This document shows, piece by piece, positions 51,497 through 61,355 of a stretch of 64,000 nt of DNA. The stretch covers positions 232,661 to 296,660 of the forward strand of contig CAZBGS010000001.1 in assembly GCA_964491785.1 (NCBI GenBank), in the 5' to 3' direction. The notes below the pieces were generated by a model. That model saw only the letters and a list, made by a program, of their open reading frames with translations. It did no database searches and was not told the origin of the DNA. Position numbers and translations under genes: made by a program. Every line of letters begins with the position of its first letter. Positions within the stretch are counted from its first letter, which is position 1. The DNA comes from an uncultured Pseudobdellovibrionaceae bacterium (GTDB lineage Bacteria; Pseudomonadota; Alphaproteobacteria; Micavibrionales; Micavibrionaceae).

Positions 51497-53776
51497 TTGA
51501 TGAAAAAGATTCTGGACAGTTTCAGGGAAGACCCGTATGTGCCGGTTTTCTCGGTTACGCTGATGCTCAGCGCTTTTCTGCTTTTCTCCGTCCAGCCGCT
51601 CGTCAGCAAGATGATATTGCCGATACTTGGCGGCACGCCATCAGTCTGGAATACGGCGATGATGTTTTTCCAGATAACGTTGCTGGCCGGATATGCGTAT
51701 GCCCATATCACGACCCGGTTTCTTGGCGTGCGAATGCAGGCGGTGGCGCATATCGCTCTGATGATAGCTTTCGTTTTTATTCTTCCGATCGCCCTGCCCG
51801 CCGGATGGCTGCCGCCGGAGAACGCAAATCCGGCTTTCTGGCAGATCGGGGTTATGAGCATTACGGTCGGCGGGCCGTTCTTCGCGCTGGCAGCCACAGC
51901 TCCGATGCTTCAGCGGTGGTTTACAAGAACGCCCCATCCTTATGCCGGCAACCCTTACTTCCTGTACGCGGCCAGCAATCTCGGCAGCCTTGCGGCGCTT
52001 GTGGCTTATCCGATACTGATCGAGCCGCTGGCCGGACTGCAAACGCAGTCGATGAACTGGGCATCGGGATATCTTGCGTTAACGGGCCTCGTGCTCGTCT
52101 GCGCCGGAGCGGTATGGCATCAGAGCGCAGAAAATCAGGCGCAGGAAGGCAATGAGATTGTAAAAGAGCAGATATCGTGGTCGATAAAGGCGATGTGGCT
52201 GGTGTTGGCTTTCGTGCCTTCAAGCATGCTTCTGGGCGTTACGACCTTCATTACCACGGATATAGCTTCGGTGCCGCTGTTCTGGGTATTGCCGCTGGCG
52301 ATTTATGTCGGATCTTTCGTGATCGCGTTTTCAAGGCGGCAGATAGTCTCTTACGGTTTTGCCGTCTGGTTTCAGGGATTCTTTTTCGCTGGAGCGGTAT
52401 TTTTTATGTTCCATCAGCAGACAGCGAGTCTGGTTCTGATTGTTGTCCATCTTGCTCTACTCGCATGTACTTCGGTTATCTGCCACAAGGATCTGGCAAG
52501 ACTTCGCCCTTCGGCAGCCAGTCTTACTGAATTTTATCTGGTTATCGCGGCGGGCGGGGCTTTGGGGGGTATTTTCAATGCGATTTTAGCCCCAAGGCTG
52601 TTTCCTGCGCCAATAGAGTATCCGATCGCGCTTGCGGCGGCCGCCTGCCTCAGATATGCGGCGCTTCCCGGGAGCGGGATCGTCAGGGCTTATCAAAGAG
52701 CGGTCAGTGATTTTAAAGCCAGAAGGATCTTTGGCGATCCGGGCGGGATGGCAGGCATAGTTCTTCTGGCATCGGTTTGCCTTTTCGCGGCAATTTCCGG
52801 GGGAGCGTACGGCAGTTTCAAGCTGGCGGCAACGCTTGGCACAATTCTGCTGCTGCTGTTTTTATACCGCAGGTGGACATTTGCGGTTACGGCGGCGATT
52901 GCACTTGGCTGCGCGATGCTCAAGGTCTGGTTTATGGATCCAGACGTTATGCTGATGCAAAGGAATTTCTTCGGGGTGGTAAAGGTGATCGACCGCGAAT
53001 CTGAGGGAATGCGCGAACTGGTTCATGGAACCACGCTGCACGGCGCGCAGCCGCTTGCGGAGGAGCACAGGCTTACCCCGGTTACCTATTACAGCCCTTA
53101 TACGGCGGCGGGAGAGGTATTCGAGATATTCGAATCCTACCCTTCAGAAAGCCAGAAAGTCGCCGTCATCGGCCTCGGGGTCGGGGCCGTCAGTTGTTAC
53201 GGCGGCAGAGAGAGGCATTACGATTACTACGAGATCGATCCGGATATCGCAGGCATAGCGACAGATCCGGAACTTTTCACGTATTTGCGCGACTGCGGAA
53301 CGTCCAGCAAAATAATCATCGGCGACGGCAGAGTCAGGATTGCCGGGGCTGAAGACGGCGGCTATGACATGATATTGCTCGATGCTTTCAGTTCAGACAG
53401 CATTCCCGTTCACTTGCTGACTGTTGAGGCTTTTCTGCTTTACAGAAAAAAACTGGCGCCGGAGGGGCTGATCGTAACCAATATCTCGAACCGTTTTCTC
53501 GATCTGCGCCCTGTCGTAGCCACAAGCGCCAGGGACATCGGCATGACGGCCCTGTTCAAATTCAAGAATTCAGGAAGCCATATCAATTCAGGGCTGGAAT
53601 TCAGCGGCACGCTCTTCGGTGTGGTGACAGAGAACAAAGACATACTGCTGGATCTGTACCAGAGAGGCTGGAGAGAGGCGGATATAAAACCCGACCGCAA
53701 CTCCTGGACTGATGATTACGTCAATATACTCGGGGTCATGAACAGGGTCAAAGGCGAGAAAAGCAGCAAGAAGTGA
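51497..53776 (+). CDS. Fused polytopic membrane domain / spermidine-synthase-like domain protein
   Basis: The 759-aa protein has about 12 hydrophobic helices, then a C-terminal spermine/spermidine-synthase fold with a GxGxG motif (VIGLGVGAV), an acidic loop (DGGYDMILLDAFSSD), and PEGLIVTN. Confidence 0.6.
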   Translation: MMKKILDSFREDPYVPVFSVTLMLSAFLLFSVQPLVSKMILPILGGTPSVWNTAMMFFQITLLAGYAYAHITTRFLGVRMQAVAHIALMIAFVFILPIALPAGWLPPENANPAFWQIGVMSITVGGPFFALAATAPMLQRWFTRTPHPYAGNPYFLYAASNLGSLAALVAYPILIEPLAGLQTQSMNWASGYLALTGLVLVCAGAVWHQSAENQAQEGNEIVKEQISWSIKAMWLVLAFVPSSMLLGVTTFITTDIASVPLFWVLPLAIYVGSFVIAFSRRQIVSYGFAVWFQGFFFAGAVFFMFHQQTASLVLIVVHLALLACTSVICHKDLARLRPSAASLTEFYLVIAAGGALGGIFNAILAPRLFPAPIEYPIALAAAACLRYAALPGSGIVRAYQRAVSDFKARRIFGDPGGMAGIVLLASVCLFAAISGGAYGSFKLAATLGTILLLLFLYRRWTFAVTAAIALGCAMLKVWFMDPDVMLMQRNFFGVVKVIDRESEGMRELVHGTTLHGAQPLAEEHRLTPVTYYSPYTAAGEVFEIFESYPSESQKVAVIGLGVGAVSCYGGRERHYDYYEIDPDIAGIATDPELFTYLRDCGTSSKIIIGDGRVRIAGAEDGGYDMILLDAFSSDSIPVHLLTVEAFLLYRKKLAPEGLIVTNISNRFLDLRPVVATSARDIGMTALFKFKNSGSHINSGLEFSGTLFGVVTENKDILLDLYQRGWREADIKPDRNSWTDDYVNILGVMNRVKGEKSSKK

Positions 53777-53840
53777 ACCAGCACGCATTTCTTACACTCT
53801 CGCCTGAGAAATACAGGCTAAACCCTTTTTACCCAAGACT

Positions 53841-55418
53841 TTATTTTGTAGAGAGGAATTTTACAGAGGGGTGTTTATCCTGTACGTCTCCAAGGTGCCA
53901 GGCGTTTCTGGCGATGAAGACGGGGTCTTCGTCGTGATCGAGGGCCATTGCGCTGCGGTTTTCGTCGATAAGCTTCTTGAGCGCAGCCGGATTGTCGGAT
54001 TTCGCCCATCTTGCCGTGTAAAGGCTGGTTTCTTCGAAATGAACGGGGATATTAAACTCCGTACGTATCCTGTCGGCCAGAACGTCGAACTGCAAGGGGC
54101 CGACCACGCCGACGATCCAGTTGGAATCGGCCATCGGCTTGAATACCCGGGCACCGCCTTCTTCGGCAATCTGGGTCAGCGCGGCGCCTAAATGCTTGGC
54201 TTTCATGGGGTCGTCGGGGCGTACGCGTTGCAGATATTCCGGCGCAAAGCTTGGAATGCCTGTAAAATGCAGATCCTCGCCTTCGGTAAGCGTGTCGCCT
54301 ATCCGCAGGTTGCCATGGCTCTGAATGCCGATGATGTCGCCGGGATAGGCTTCTTCGGCCATTTCACGCTCCTGGGCCATAAAAAACTGGGGAGAGTGGA
54401 TATTGATGGTTTTCCCCAGACGTACGTGTTTAAGCTTCATGTTGCGCCTGAACTCGCCGGAGCAGATCCGGGTAAAAGCGATACGGTCGCGGTGCTTGGG
54501 ATCCATGTTTGCCTGAATTTTAAAAACAAAGGCGGTAAGTTTTTTTTCATCTGGAGAGATTTCCCTCTCCAGGGTCTTCAAAGGCCCTGGGGACGGGGCA
54601 AACTCTTCTATTCCCCGCAGCAGTTCGCGCACGCCAAAGTTATTGATGGCGCTGCCGAAGAAAACCGGGGTCATGTGCCCCTCGCGGAAAGAGTTCAAAT
54701 CGAAAGGCTTGCAAAGCGCTTCCGCCATTTCGACTTCCTCGCGCAGGGTTGAAAGCCTGTCTCCGGGAAGCATTTGCGAAAGCACCGGATCGTCAAGACC
54801 CCGGCAGGCGACACCTTCCTGAACCGTTTCGCCCTTGCCGCGTTCAAACAGGTTCAATTCCTTATGAAACAGGTCGTAACAACCAAGGAAATCGCGGCCC
54901 ATGCCGACAGGCCAGCTGGCCGGGGTAACGTCGAGCGCTAGCTTTTGCTCGATCTCGTCAAGCAAATCGACAGGCTCCATCCCGTCGCGATCCATTTTAT
55001 TGATGAATGTAAGGATAGGCACGTCGCGCAGGCGGCAAACCTCGAAGAGTTTAAGAGTCTGCGCCTCTATGCCCTTGGCGGCATCGAGAACCATAATGGC
55101 GCTGTCGATGGCGGTAAGCGTACGATAGGTATCCTCGCTAAAATCCTCGTGTCCGGGGGTGTCGAGGAGATTGTAAACAATGCCGCCATGCTCGAAAGTC
55201 ATGACGCTGGAGGCGACAGATATGCCTCTTTCCTGCTCTACCTTCATCCAGTCGGATCTGGCCCGGCGGCGGTCACCTCTGGCCTTGACCATTCCCGCCA
55301 TCTGGATCGCACCTCCGAAAAGAAGCAGTTTTTCGGTAAGGGTGGTTTTGCCCGCGTCAGGGTGCGATATGACGGCAAATGTCCGCCGCTGCCGGATCTT
55401 TTCGTTTAAATTGCTCAC
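53841..55418 (-). CDS. prfC: Peptide chain release factor 3
   Basis: The GTPase motifs are AVISHPDAGKTTLTEKLL, DTPGHEDF and NKMD. Confidence 0.9.
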   Translation of the reverse strand: MSNLNEKIRQRRTFAVISHPDAGKTTLTEKLLLFGGAIQMAGMVKARGDRRRARSDWMKVEQERGISVASSVMTFEHGGIVYNLLDTPGHEDFSEDTYRTLTAIDSAIMVLDAAKGIEAQTLKLFEVCRLRDVPILTFINKMDRDGMEPVDLLDEIEQKLALDVTPASWPVGMGRDFLGCYDLFHKELNLFERGKGETVQEGVACRGLDDPVLSQMLPGDRLSTLREEVEMAEALCKPFDLNSFREGHMTPVFFGSAINNFGVRELLRGIEEFAPSPGPLKTLEREISPDEKKLTAFVFKIQANMDPKHRDRIAFTRICSGEFRRNMKLKHVRLGKTINIHSPQFFMAQEREMAEEAYPGDIIGIQSHGNLRIGDTLTEGEDLHFTGIPSFAPEYLQRVRPDDPMKAKHLGAALTQIAEEGGARVFKPMADSNWIVGVVGPLQFDVLADRIRTEFNIPVHFEETSLYTARWAKSDNPAALKKLIDENRSAMALDHDEDPVFIARNAWHLGDVQDKHPSVKFLSTK

Positions 55419-55423
55419 TATTG

Positions 55424-55831
55424 CTACCGCCGTTTTTTCTTTTTCCCGTACAGCTCCAGCCTGTGATCGACGAGATCAAAACCCATTCTGGCCGCTATTT
55501 TCTCCTTCAGAGCCTCAAGCTCGTCGTCATGAAACTCTATTACTTCGCCGGATTCAAGATCAATAAGATGATCGTGATGGTCGGTATTGATTTCATATCT
55601 TGAAAAATTCTCCCTGAAGTCATGGCGGACGACGATATCAAGTTCGTCCAGCAGGTTCATGGTACGGTACACGGTCGCCATACTAATAGCCGGATTAAGG
55701 CTGCGCGCACGGTCGTAGACCATTTCCACCGACGGGTGGTCTTCCGAATCGCTGATAACTTTCAGGATAGTGCGCCGCTGATCTGTCATTTTGAGACCGG
55801 CTTTGCTGCATTTTTCCTCGATAGTATTCAT
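55424..55831 (-). CDS. Fur-family metalloregulator domain (possible separately initiated cistron at internal ATG 55829-55831)
   Basis: The 135-aa segment MNTIEEKCSKAGLKMTDQRRTILKVI...ATVYRTMNLLDELDIVVRH...HHDHLIDLESGEVIEFHDDELE aligns with E. coli Fur (LKKAGLKVTLPRLKILEVL...ATVYRVLNQF...HHHDHLICLDCGKVIEF). It lacks the CxxC pair. Confidence 0.6.
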   Translation of the reverse strand: MNTIEEKCSKAGLKMTDQRRTILKVISDSEDHPSVEMVYDRARSLNPAISMATVYRTMNLLDELDIVVRHDFRENFSRYEINTDHHDHLIDLESGEVIEFHDDELEALKEKIAARMGFDLVDHRLELYGKKKKRR

Positions 55832-57442
55832 AAATTCCACTGGCAGGTTGAAGCTTACAGGGGTTTTAAGAAAGTTACTATTTCCTTCAGCGCCAATCAA
55901 ATCCTGACTTGTGCTGAGGTTTTGACCTTTTTTAAGAGTTCTGAAGGGAGGGAAGATAATTTTGACAGTAGTTCCAAGACCAAGCTCGGACTGAAGATCG
56001 AGAGATCCTCCATGCAGTTCCGCCATTGCCTTGGCAAGCGGAAGGCCAAGTCCGGTGCCCTGATAACCCTTGACGTTGACAGGCTCGCTGATCTGGCCGA
56101 AGGGTTCCATAGCTTCCTGAATGCGGTCTTTGGGAATGCCTATGCCCTTGTCGATGACGGCAAACTCCAGCGAACCGTTTTTCAGTCGCCTGGCTCTAAT
56201 AATGACCGCCTGTCCGCTATTGGAAAATTTGACAGCGTTGGTTACCAGGTTTATCAGAATCTGCCGCACCAGACGCATGTCGGCAAAGAGCGGTGGAATG
56301 CCGTCCTCAACTTCCTCGACAATTGTCAGGCCGCTGGTAAAGGCTCTTGAGGCCATCATTCTTGAGACAGTCGCAACAAGGTCAGAAACGGAAATCCAGC
56401 TTTCATCCAGCTCTACCCTGCCGGCCTCGATCTTGGACATATCAAGTACTTCGTTAATGATTTCCAGAAGATGGCATGCACTAAGGTGAATGTCCCCAAG
56501 ATACTCCTTGTACTTGTCATTGCCAAGAACTCCAAAAGTCTCGTTTTTCATCATTTCGGAAAAACCTATGATCGCGTTCAAAGGCGTACGCAATTCGTGT
56601 GACATATTGGCAAGGAAAGTGGACTTGGCGTGATTTGCCATATCCGCCTGCTCCTTGGCAAGCCTTAAGGAGACTTCCATCTGCTTGCGAAGAGTGATGT
56701 CCATGACTGTTGTTACCTGAAAGCGTCTGTTCTGGCTAAGTTCAAGAGTCGCCGTAGTGAACAGAGCATTGGCGACTGAACCATCCTTGCGCTCTATTCT
56801 CATTTCACCAGAGCTGCGGTATCCGCTACGGATGAATTCATCGTGGTTGATTTGCATGGTTTCCCGGTCTTCGAGCGGGGAGATATCGGCAAAATCCATA
56901 CCGATTAGTTCTTCCCGTCCCCAGCCATACATGCGAATGAAACTTTCATTAACCTTAACCACACGGCGCGTTTCGTCTGAAACCAGGATACCGACCTCGC
57001 TAACATCGAATATGGATGACAGAAGGGATATCGCGTCATCCCGTTCACGCTGTAGCATGGAATGGTCGGCGCTGTCGGCATGGGCGATAACGTCCATATA
57101 ATCGACGTTACCATCATCGTCGACCACAGGGTTGATAATGAAGCCGTGGACGCGTAGACCGCCGGGAAATCCTGGCAAAGACTGCATGCTTACAGGCTTT
57201 TTCTGTTTGATGCAGACTTCAAAGGAATGACGAAAATGCCTTGAATTATCGGCGTCCAGAAACTCATCCAGCTTTTGACCAAGAAGATTTTTTTGGCCTC
57301 TGTCAAAGTATTGCAAAGCTTTTTTGTTGGCGCTGATGAGGAAATAGCCGCCAAGCCCATCCGGCCTGACGAGAAATCTCGGCACAGGCATTAGATGGAA
57401 GAGCGTTCTGTAATCAACCAACCCTTCACTCATCGCGTTCAT
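55424..57442 (-). CDS. Cytoplasmic two-PAS sensor histidine kinase with in-frame C-terminal Fur-family domain (672-aa continuous ORF)
   Basis: The HK part has an H-box (MSHELRTPLNAIIGFSEMM) and a G2 box (GTGLGLPLAKAMAELHGG), with no TM segment. The same frame then continues without a stop codon into a complete Fur-like domain at 55424..55831. Confidence 0.65.
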   Translation of the reverse strand: MNAMSEGLVDYRTLFHLMPVPRFLVRPDGLGGYFLISANKKALQYFDRGQKNLLGQKLDEFLDADNSRHFRHSFEVCIKQKKPVSMQSLPGFPGGLRVHGFIINPVVDDDGNVDYMDVIAHADSADHSMLQRERDDAISLLSSIFDVSEVGILVSDETRRVVKVNESFIRMYGWGREELIGMDFADISPLEDRETMQINHDEFIRSGYRSSGEMRIERKDGSVANALFTTATLELSQNRRFQVTTVMDITLRKQMEVSLRLAKEQADMANHAKSTFLANMSHELRTPLNAIIGFSEMMKNETFGVLGNDKYKEYLGDIHLSACHLLEIINEVLDMSKIEAGRVELDESWISVSDLVATVSRMMASRAFTSGLTIVEEVEDGIPPLFADMRLVRQILINLVTNAVKFSNSGQAVIIRARRLKNGSLEFAVIDKGIGIPKDRIQEAMEPFGQISEPVNVKGYQGTGLGLPLAKAMAELHGGSLDLQSELGLGTTVKIIFPPFRTLKKGQNLSTSQDLIGAEGNSNFLKTPVSFNLPVEFMNTIEEKCSKAGLKMTDQRRTILKVISDSEDHPSVEMVYDRARSLNPAISMATVYRTMNLLDELDIVVRHDFRENFSRYEINTDHHDHLIDLESGEVIEFHDDELEALKEKIAARMGFDLVDHRLELYGKKKKRR

Positions 57443-57448
57443 TAACAG

Positions 57449-58339
57449 CTATGTTTCATTTTTCATATTTCTAAGGTATCTTTTAAGCGGGCTTACCTCA
57501 TAGTACTGAAGTGATACGTCCTTTTCAGATACATACTGGTCGATGTCGTCACGAAGATATACGATAAGCTGCTTAACATCATCACCCTCCCCGGGTTCGG
57601 CGGTAACATATGAGAGGGTGGTTTGACCGCCGGCCTCCTTTAGCATGCGCCTCAGCCTGTTTACCGCGGCCATACCGCCTCTGATATCCGCATGCTTCAG
57701 GCAAAGCACGAATTCTCCATTATCGATGTAATAAGCATCGTCATAGGTACGCACGCATTTTCTGACGATATCGGCAACCGAGCTTATTATTTCCTCCAGA
57801 TGCTCATGGGAAATGCCATGCGAAAACTCGCCAAAACCATCAATTCTGGCAAGGACAACGCAAAACGGCTTGCCTCTTCTGGCCCGACGCTCCATTTCCA
57901 GTTCCAGATCGCGGAACATCGCTTCAGATGTACGCAACCCGGTAAGAGTATCTATTCCACTACCGGCAAGAATGTTGTCCTTTTCCAGCCTGCGTATGTG
58001 AGCAAGGAAGGATTCAGAGAGGTTGATCAGGTTGTCCATCAAGGAAATATCGGGCCTGCCTTCACTCGCACTGCCTGCTTCAATTAGGTTGTCAGCGGCC
58101 TGATACATCTCTTTTGAAATAGATAGGATGATATCCACCATCCTTTCGTGAACCCCGTTATCCCGCAGTTCTTCCATCAGGTTGCCGGCGCCGGAGGGGG
58201 GGCTGGCAGGGACAGACCTGCTTTCCCCGGGATAGAAACTCTTGCGCATGATACGGCCAAACCAATCGCTATGCTCATCGAGTATTAGCGTTATGGCCCT
58301 GATCATCTTTTCCTTTTTTTCCTTTTCTTTTTCGTCCAT
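57449..58339 (-). CDS. GGDEF-domain protein with degenerate active site (DNGEF in place of GG[D/E]EF)
   Basis: The domain contains DTLTGLRT, the I-site-region RxxD-like RIDGFGEF, and YYIDNGEFVLCL at the A-site. The ~150-aa N-terminus begins with a KEKEKKEK tract and is not a receiver domain. The gene sits 7 bp upstream of the HK-Fur ORF. Confidence 0.65.
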   Translation of the reverse strand: MDEKEKEKKEKMIRAITLILDEHSDWFGRIMRKSFYPGESRSVPASPPSGAGNLMEELRDNGVHERMVDIILSISKEMYQAADNLIEAGSASEGRPDISLMDNLINLSESFLAHIRRLEKDNILAGSGIDTLTGLRTSEAMFRDLELEMERRARRGKPFCVVLARIDGFGEFSHGISHEHLEEIISSVADIVRKCVRTYDDAYYIDNGEFVLCLKHADIRGGMAAVNRLRRMLKEAGGQTTLSYVTAEPGEGDDVKQLIVYLRDDIDQYVSEKDVSLQYYEVSPLKRYLRNMKNET

Positions 58340-58424
58340 ATGATGAATCCAGCAGAAAATGACAGGTTTTATAATACTACGATTAAAAGCGTCCGGTAAA
58401 GGAAGGGCGCATAATTAGTGAGAT

Positions 58425-59624
58425 TTAAAGAAGATTGTCGTTAAGCCATTCTTTTTCGAGCTGCCTTAGGGTTCCCTGCCTGATGGCCGATCTGATCTCC
58501 TGCATCAGGGTGGAAATGACGCCGATATTATGGCGGGTGAGAATTGTGCCCGCTGTGCCCGGTTCCGCCTTGAGCAGATGGTGAAGCGAAGCTTTGCTAT
58601 AGGTACGGGAAACTTCCGTGGGCATGCGAGAATCAAGGGGGGTAAAATCATCGCGAAACCTGGAATTTCTAAGATTAATCGAGCCTTTCGGATCGCCTTT
58701 GATCAGGGCGGTTCCATGCCTTGCCATGCGGGTGACCGCTACGCAGTCAAAGGTGTCTATTCCAAGGCGTACGAATTCGAAGACATCCTTTATTCTGCCA
58801 ATTCCAAGCAGGTGCACAGGACGATCAGGGTGAATGTGTGGAACGCACATTGATACTACTTCGCGCATTTGCTGCTCGTCCTTGCCAAGACAGCCGCCGA
58901 TGGCGGTGCCGAAAAAGTCCCTGTCCCTGGTGTATTCGCAGCACTCGCGGCGAAGTTTCTCGTATACGCCGCCCTGCACCACGCCATACAGGGCCTGACG
59001 TCCGTCGTTGCCGCGCCTGAATTCTTCAAGAGAACGGTCTTCCCAGCGGTGTGTACGTTCCATTGAACGAGCGGTGTACTCTTCACTGTCATGAAACGCG
59101 GTAAGCTCGTCGAAAGCCACGATCAGGTCGGCGCCGATGCGGCGCTGGGTGTCGATGGAAACCTCGGGAGAGATAAAGAGCTTGCTGCCGTCCAGGTGGT
59201 TACGGAAGGTGACTCCATCCTCGTCTATCGAGAGAAGCAGGTTTGGCAAGTCTGTCTGCCTGCGTCTGCCCTTGATTTCATCAGCTACTCCTCCGTATTG
59301 CAGCGAGAAGATCTGGTAGCCGCCGCTGTCGGTAAGCATCGGGCCTTCCCAGGTGGTGAATTCGTGAAGACCCCCGGCCTTTTCGATGATCTCGGCCCCC
59401 GGCTGGACGAGAAGATGATAGGTGTTCGAAAGAATGATCTGCGCCCCGGCTTCCTTAACCTCTTTCGCGGCAAGTCCCTTGATAGTGCCTTTTGTGGCGC
59501 AGAAGATATAATTAGGAGTTTCGATGGTTCCGTGCGGAGTTTCGAGCAGTCCGGCACGCGCGTGCGTGCCTTCCGTCTCATCCCTTTTCGTTACCTGAAA
59601 GCTGAAATTCGGGTATAGCGACAC
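58425..59624 (-). CDS. tgt: Queuine tRNA-ribosyltransferase
   Basis: The N-terminal motif HARAGLLETPHGTIETP is followed by a TIM barrel and a C-terminal zinc site. The start is taken at GTG 59622-59624 because the longer ATG ORF would overlap rpmB. Confidence 0.8.
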   Translation of the reverse strand: MSLYPNFSFQVTKRDETEGTHARAGLLETPHGTIETPNYIFCATKGTIKGLAAKEVKEAGAQIILSNTYHLLVQPGAEIIEKAGGLHEFTTWEGPMLTDSGGYQIFSLQYGGVADEIKGRRRQTDLPNLLLSIDEDGVTFRNHLDGSKLFISPEVSIDTQRRIGADLIVAFDELTAFHDSEEYTARSMERTHRWEDRSLEEFRRGNDGRQALYGVVQGGVYEKLRRECCEYTRDRDFFGTAIGGCLGKDEQQMREVVSMCVPHIHPDRPVHLLGIGRIKDVFEFVRLGIDTFDCVAVTRMARHGTALIKGDPKGSINLRNSRFRDDFTPLDSRMPTEVSRTYSKASLHHLLKAEPGTAGTILTRHNIGVISTLMQEIRSAIRQGTLRQLEKEWLNDNLL

Positions 59625-59632
59625 AGGCCGGT

Positions 59633-59923
59633 TCAGCCCTTCGCGGCCATAACCCTGGCTACCTGTTCCCTGACTTTGCGCAGTCCGGCGTCGATCTTGC
59701 TGGCAGGCGTGGAAGCGAGCCATGCGTCAAGGCCGCCCTTATGATCTATAGTGCGGAGACCATTGGTTGATACGCGAAGCCGAACCATGCGTCCCAGAGC
59801 CTCGCTGTAAAGGCTGGTGTCCTGGATATTCGGCAGGAACCTGCGGCGGGTTTTGTTATTGGCATGCGATACATTATTGCCCGAAAGCACGCCTTTTCCC
59901 GTAACCATGCAACGACGACTCAT
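59633..59923 (-). CDS. rpmB: 50S ribosomal protein L28
   Basis: The sequence [32 protein letters not shown] is the L28 signature. The start is the internal Met of the ORF-track entry. Confidence 0.85.
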   Translation of the reverse strand: MSRRCMVTGKGVLSGNNVSHANNKTRRRFLPNIQDTSLYSEALGRMVRLRVSTNGLRTIDHKGGLDAWLASTPASKIDAGLRKVREQVARVMAAKG

Positions 59924-59976
59924 TGTCTCGCCCTTTCCTTCTATAATCAATCTAATAGCTTGACTTAAAAATTTGA

Positions 59977-61323
59977 ATGCCGAACTTATGCCAGTACGGT
60001 TTGAAAAGTCAAGCGGAAAGGGCTTTTACACCTATGAATCAGGAAAATCAACTGTCTTTAACGTCGGGTGTGGGTTCCGGAACCCTCGTTTATATGCGCT
60101 GGCTGGCCGTCGCGGGCCAGAGCACGGCGATTCTGGGGGCCTATCTCCTTCTGGGAATCGACCTGCCACTTGCCGCCACTCTAGCGGTTACAGGTATTTC
60201 CGCTGCTTTGAATCTCTTCATACATTTCAAAGGACTTGAACTGGTTTCGAATAAAAGGATTTTCGGGCTTTTATGCTTTGACACGCTTCAGATCGCTTCT
60301 TTGCTATTGCTTGCCGGCGGCCTTGAAAACCCGTTTTCGCTATTTTTGCTGGCTCCGGCAGCGGTCGGAGCGGCGCTGCTGGATGGCAGGCACACGGTGT
60401 TTTTGCTTGGGGTATTCGCGTTGACCCTGCCGGTTTTATACATTTTTGCGATGCCGCTGGAATGGCCGGGTAATTCATATGAGTTCCCTAAGGAATACAA
60501 GCCTGGAATGCTGACTGCCCTGTTACTGTCCTGTGGGTTCACTGCTTTTTACATCAGAAGGACGCTTTTTGAAGCCGTCAGGCTTAACAGGGCGCTCAGC
60601 GCGATGCGTCTTGCCCTGGCCAGGCAGGAACAAGACTCCAGACTGGGAATTCTTGCAGCTGCCGCAACACATGAGTTAGGCAGTCCCTTAAATACTATCA
60701 GTCTTATAGCGGGAGATATTAAGAAAGAAATTGAACAAGACTCGCCTTTGAGGGAAGACGTCGAGTTGCTCGCAAGTCAAATCGGCAAATGCAAGTCAAT
60801 TCTTATGGAATTTTCCAGCCGCCCGCGGGAAATAACTAATAGCTTTGAACAGCCCATACCACTCGAAGTGCTTCTTGCAGAGATATCAGATCAGTACAAG
60901 ATGTTATTTCCTTCTGTTAAAGTTATTGTCGAACAAGGCAAGGCTTCCCCGGCACCGCCGCCTGAAGTGATCAAGACGGCGGAGCTGAGCTACGGGCTTG
61001 GCAATATCATAAAAAATGCCTTTGAGTTCGCAGGTGAAGAAATCAGGCTTGTTTATTTTTGGGATGAAAATTATATTTTTATTGTAATAGAAGATGATGG
61101 CCCGGGTTTTTCAAGTAAGGCTTTAAGCAATATCGGCAGTCCCTACTTTTCAGAACGAAAAAGTGCTGGCAAAAATATGGGACTGGGTATATTTATCGCG
61201 CGAACGTTACTTGAGCGGACAGGCGCGATCCTTAGCTTCAGTAATCGATGTAACGGCAAAGGCGCAAGAATCGCTGTGCAATGGCCGCGCAATGTTATTG
61301 ATAGCGGCGGTAAACGTTTTTAG
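59977..61323 (+). CDS. regB: Membrane redox-sensing histidine kinase RegB/PrrB/ActS family
   Basis: It has six predicted TM helices, the H-box [14 protein letters not shown] characteristic of the RegB family, and the HATPase motif [12 protein letters not shown]. The real start may be MNQENQ (60034). Confidence 0.7.
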   Translation: MPNLCQYGLKSQAERAFTPMNQENQLSLTSGVGSGTLVYMRWLAVAGQSTAILGAYLLLGIDLPLAATLAVTGISAALNLFIHFKGLELVSNKRIFGLLCFDTLQIASLLLLAGGLENPFSLFLLAPAAVGAALLDGRHTVFLLGVFALTLPVLYIFAMPLEWPGNSYEFPKEYKPGMLTALLLSCGFTAFYIRRTLFEAVRLNRALSAMRLALARQEQDSRLGILAAAATHELGSPLNTISLIAGDIKKEIEQDSPLREDVELLASQIGKCKSILMEFSSRPREITNSFEQPIPLEVLLAEISDQYKMLFPSVKVIVEQGKASPAPPPEVIKTAELSYGLGNIIKNAFEFAGEEIRLVYFWDENYIFIVIEDDGPGFSSKALSNIGSPYFSERKSAGKNMGLGIFIARTLLERTGAILSFSNRCNGKGARIAVQWPRNVIDSGGKRF

Positions 61324-61355
61324 TCTGAAACGGGGAAAATCTGTATAAAACCGAG

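Noticed and set aside
55622-56489. Plus-strand ORFs of 242 and 122 aa antisense to the histidine kinase
   Set aside because: They are antisense to a strongly supported HK domain with clear H-box and G-box motifs, and have no motifs of their own.
58425-59723. Long 432-aa form of the tgt ORF starting at ATG 59723
   Set aside because: The N-terminal 33 residues are R/Q/G-rich and would overlap the 3' end of rpmB by 90 nt. A GTG at 59622-59624 gives a Tgt N-terminus matching the family (…LETPHGTIETP) and leaves an 8-nt gap after rpmB.
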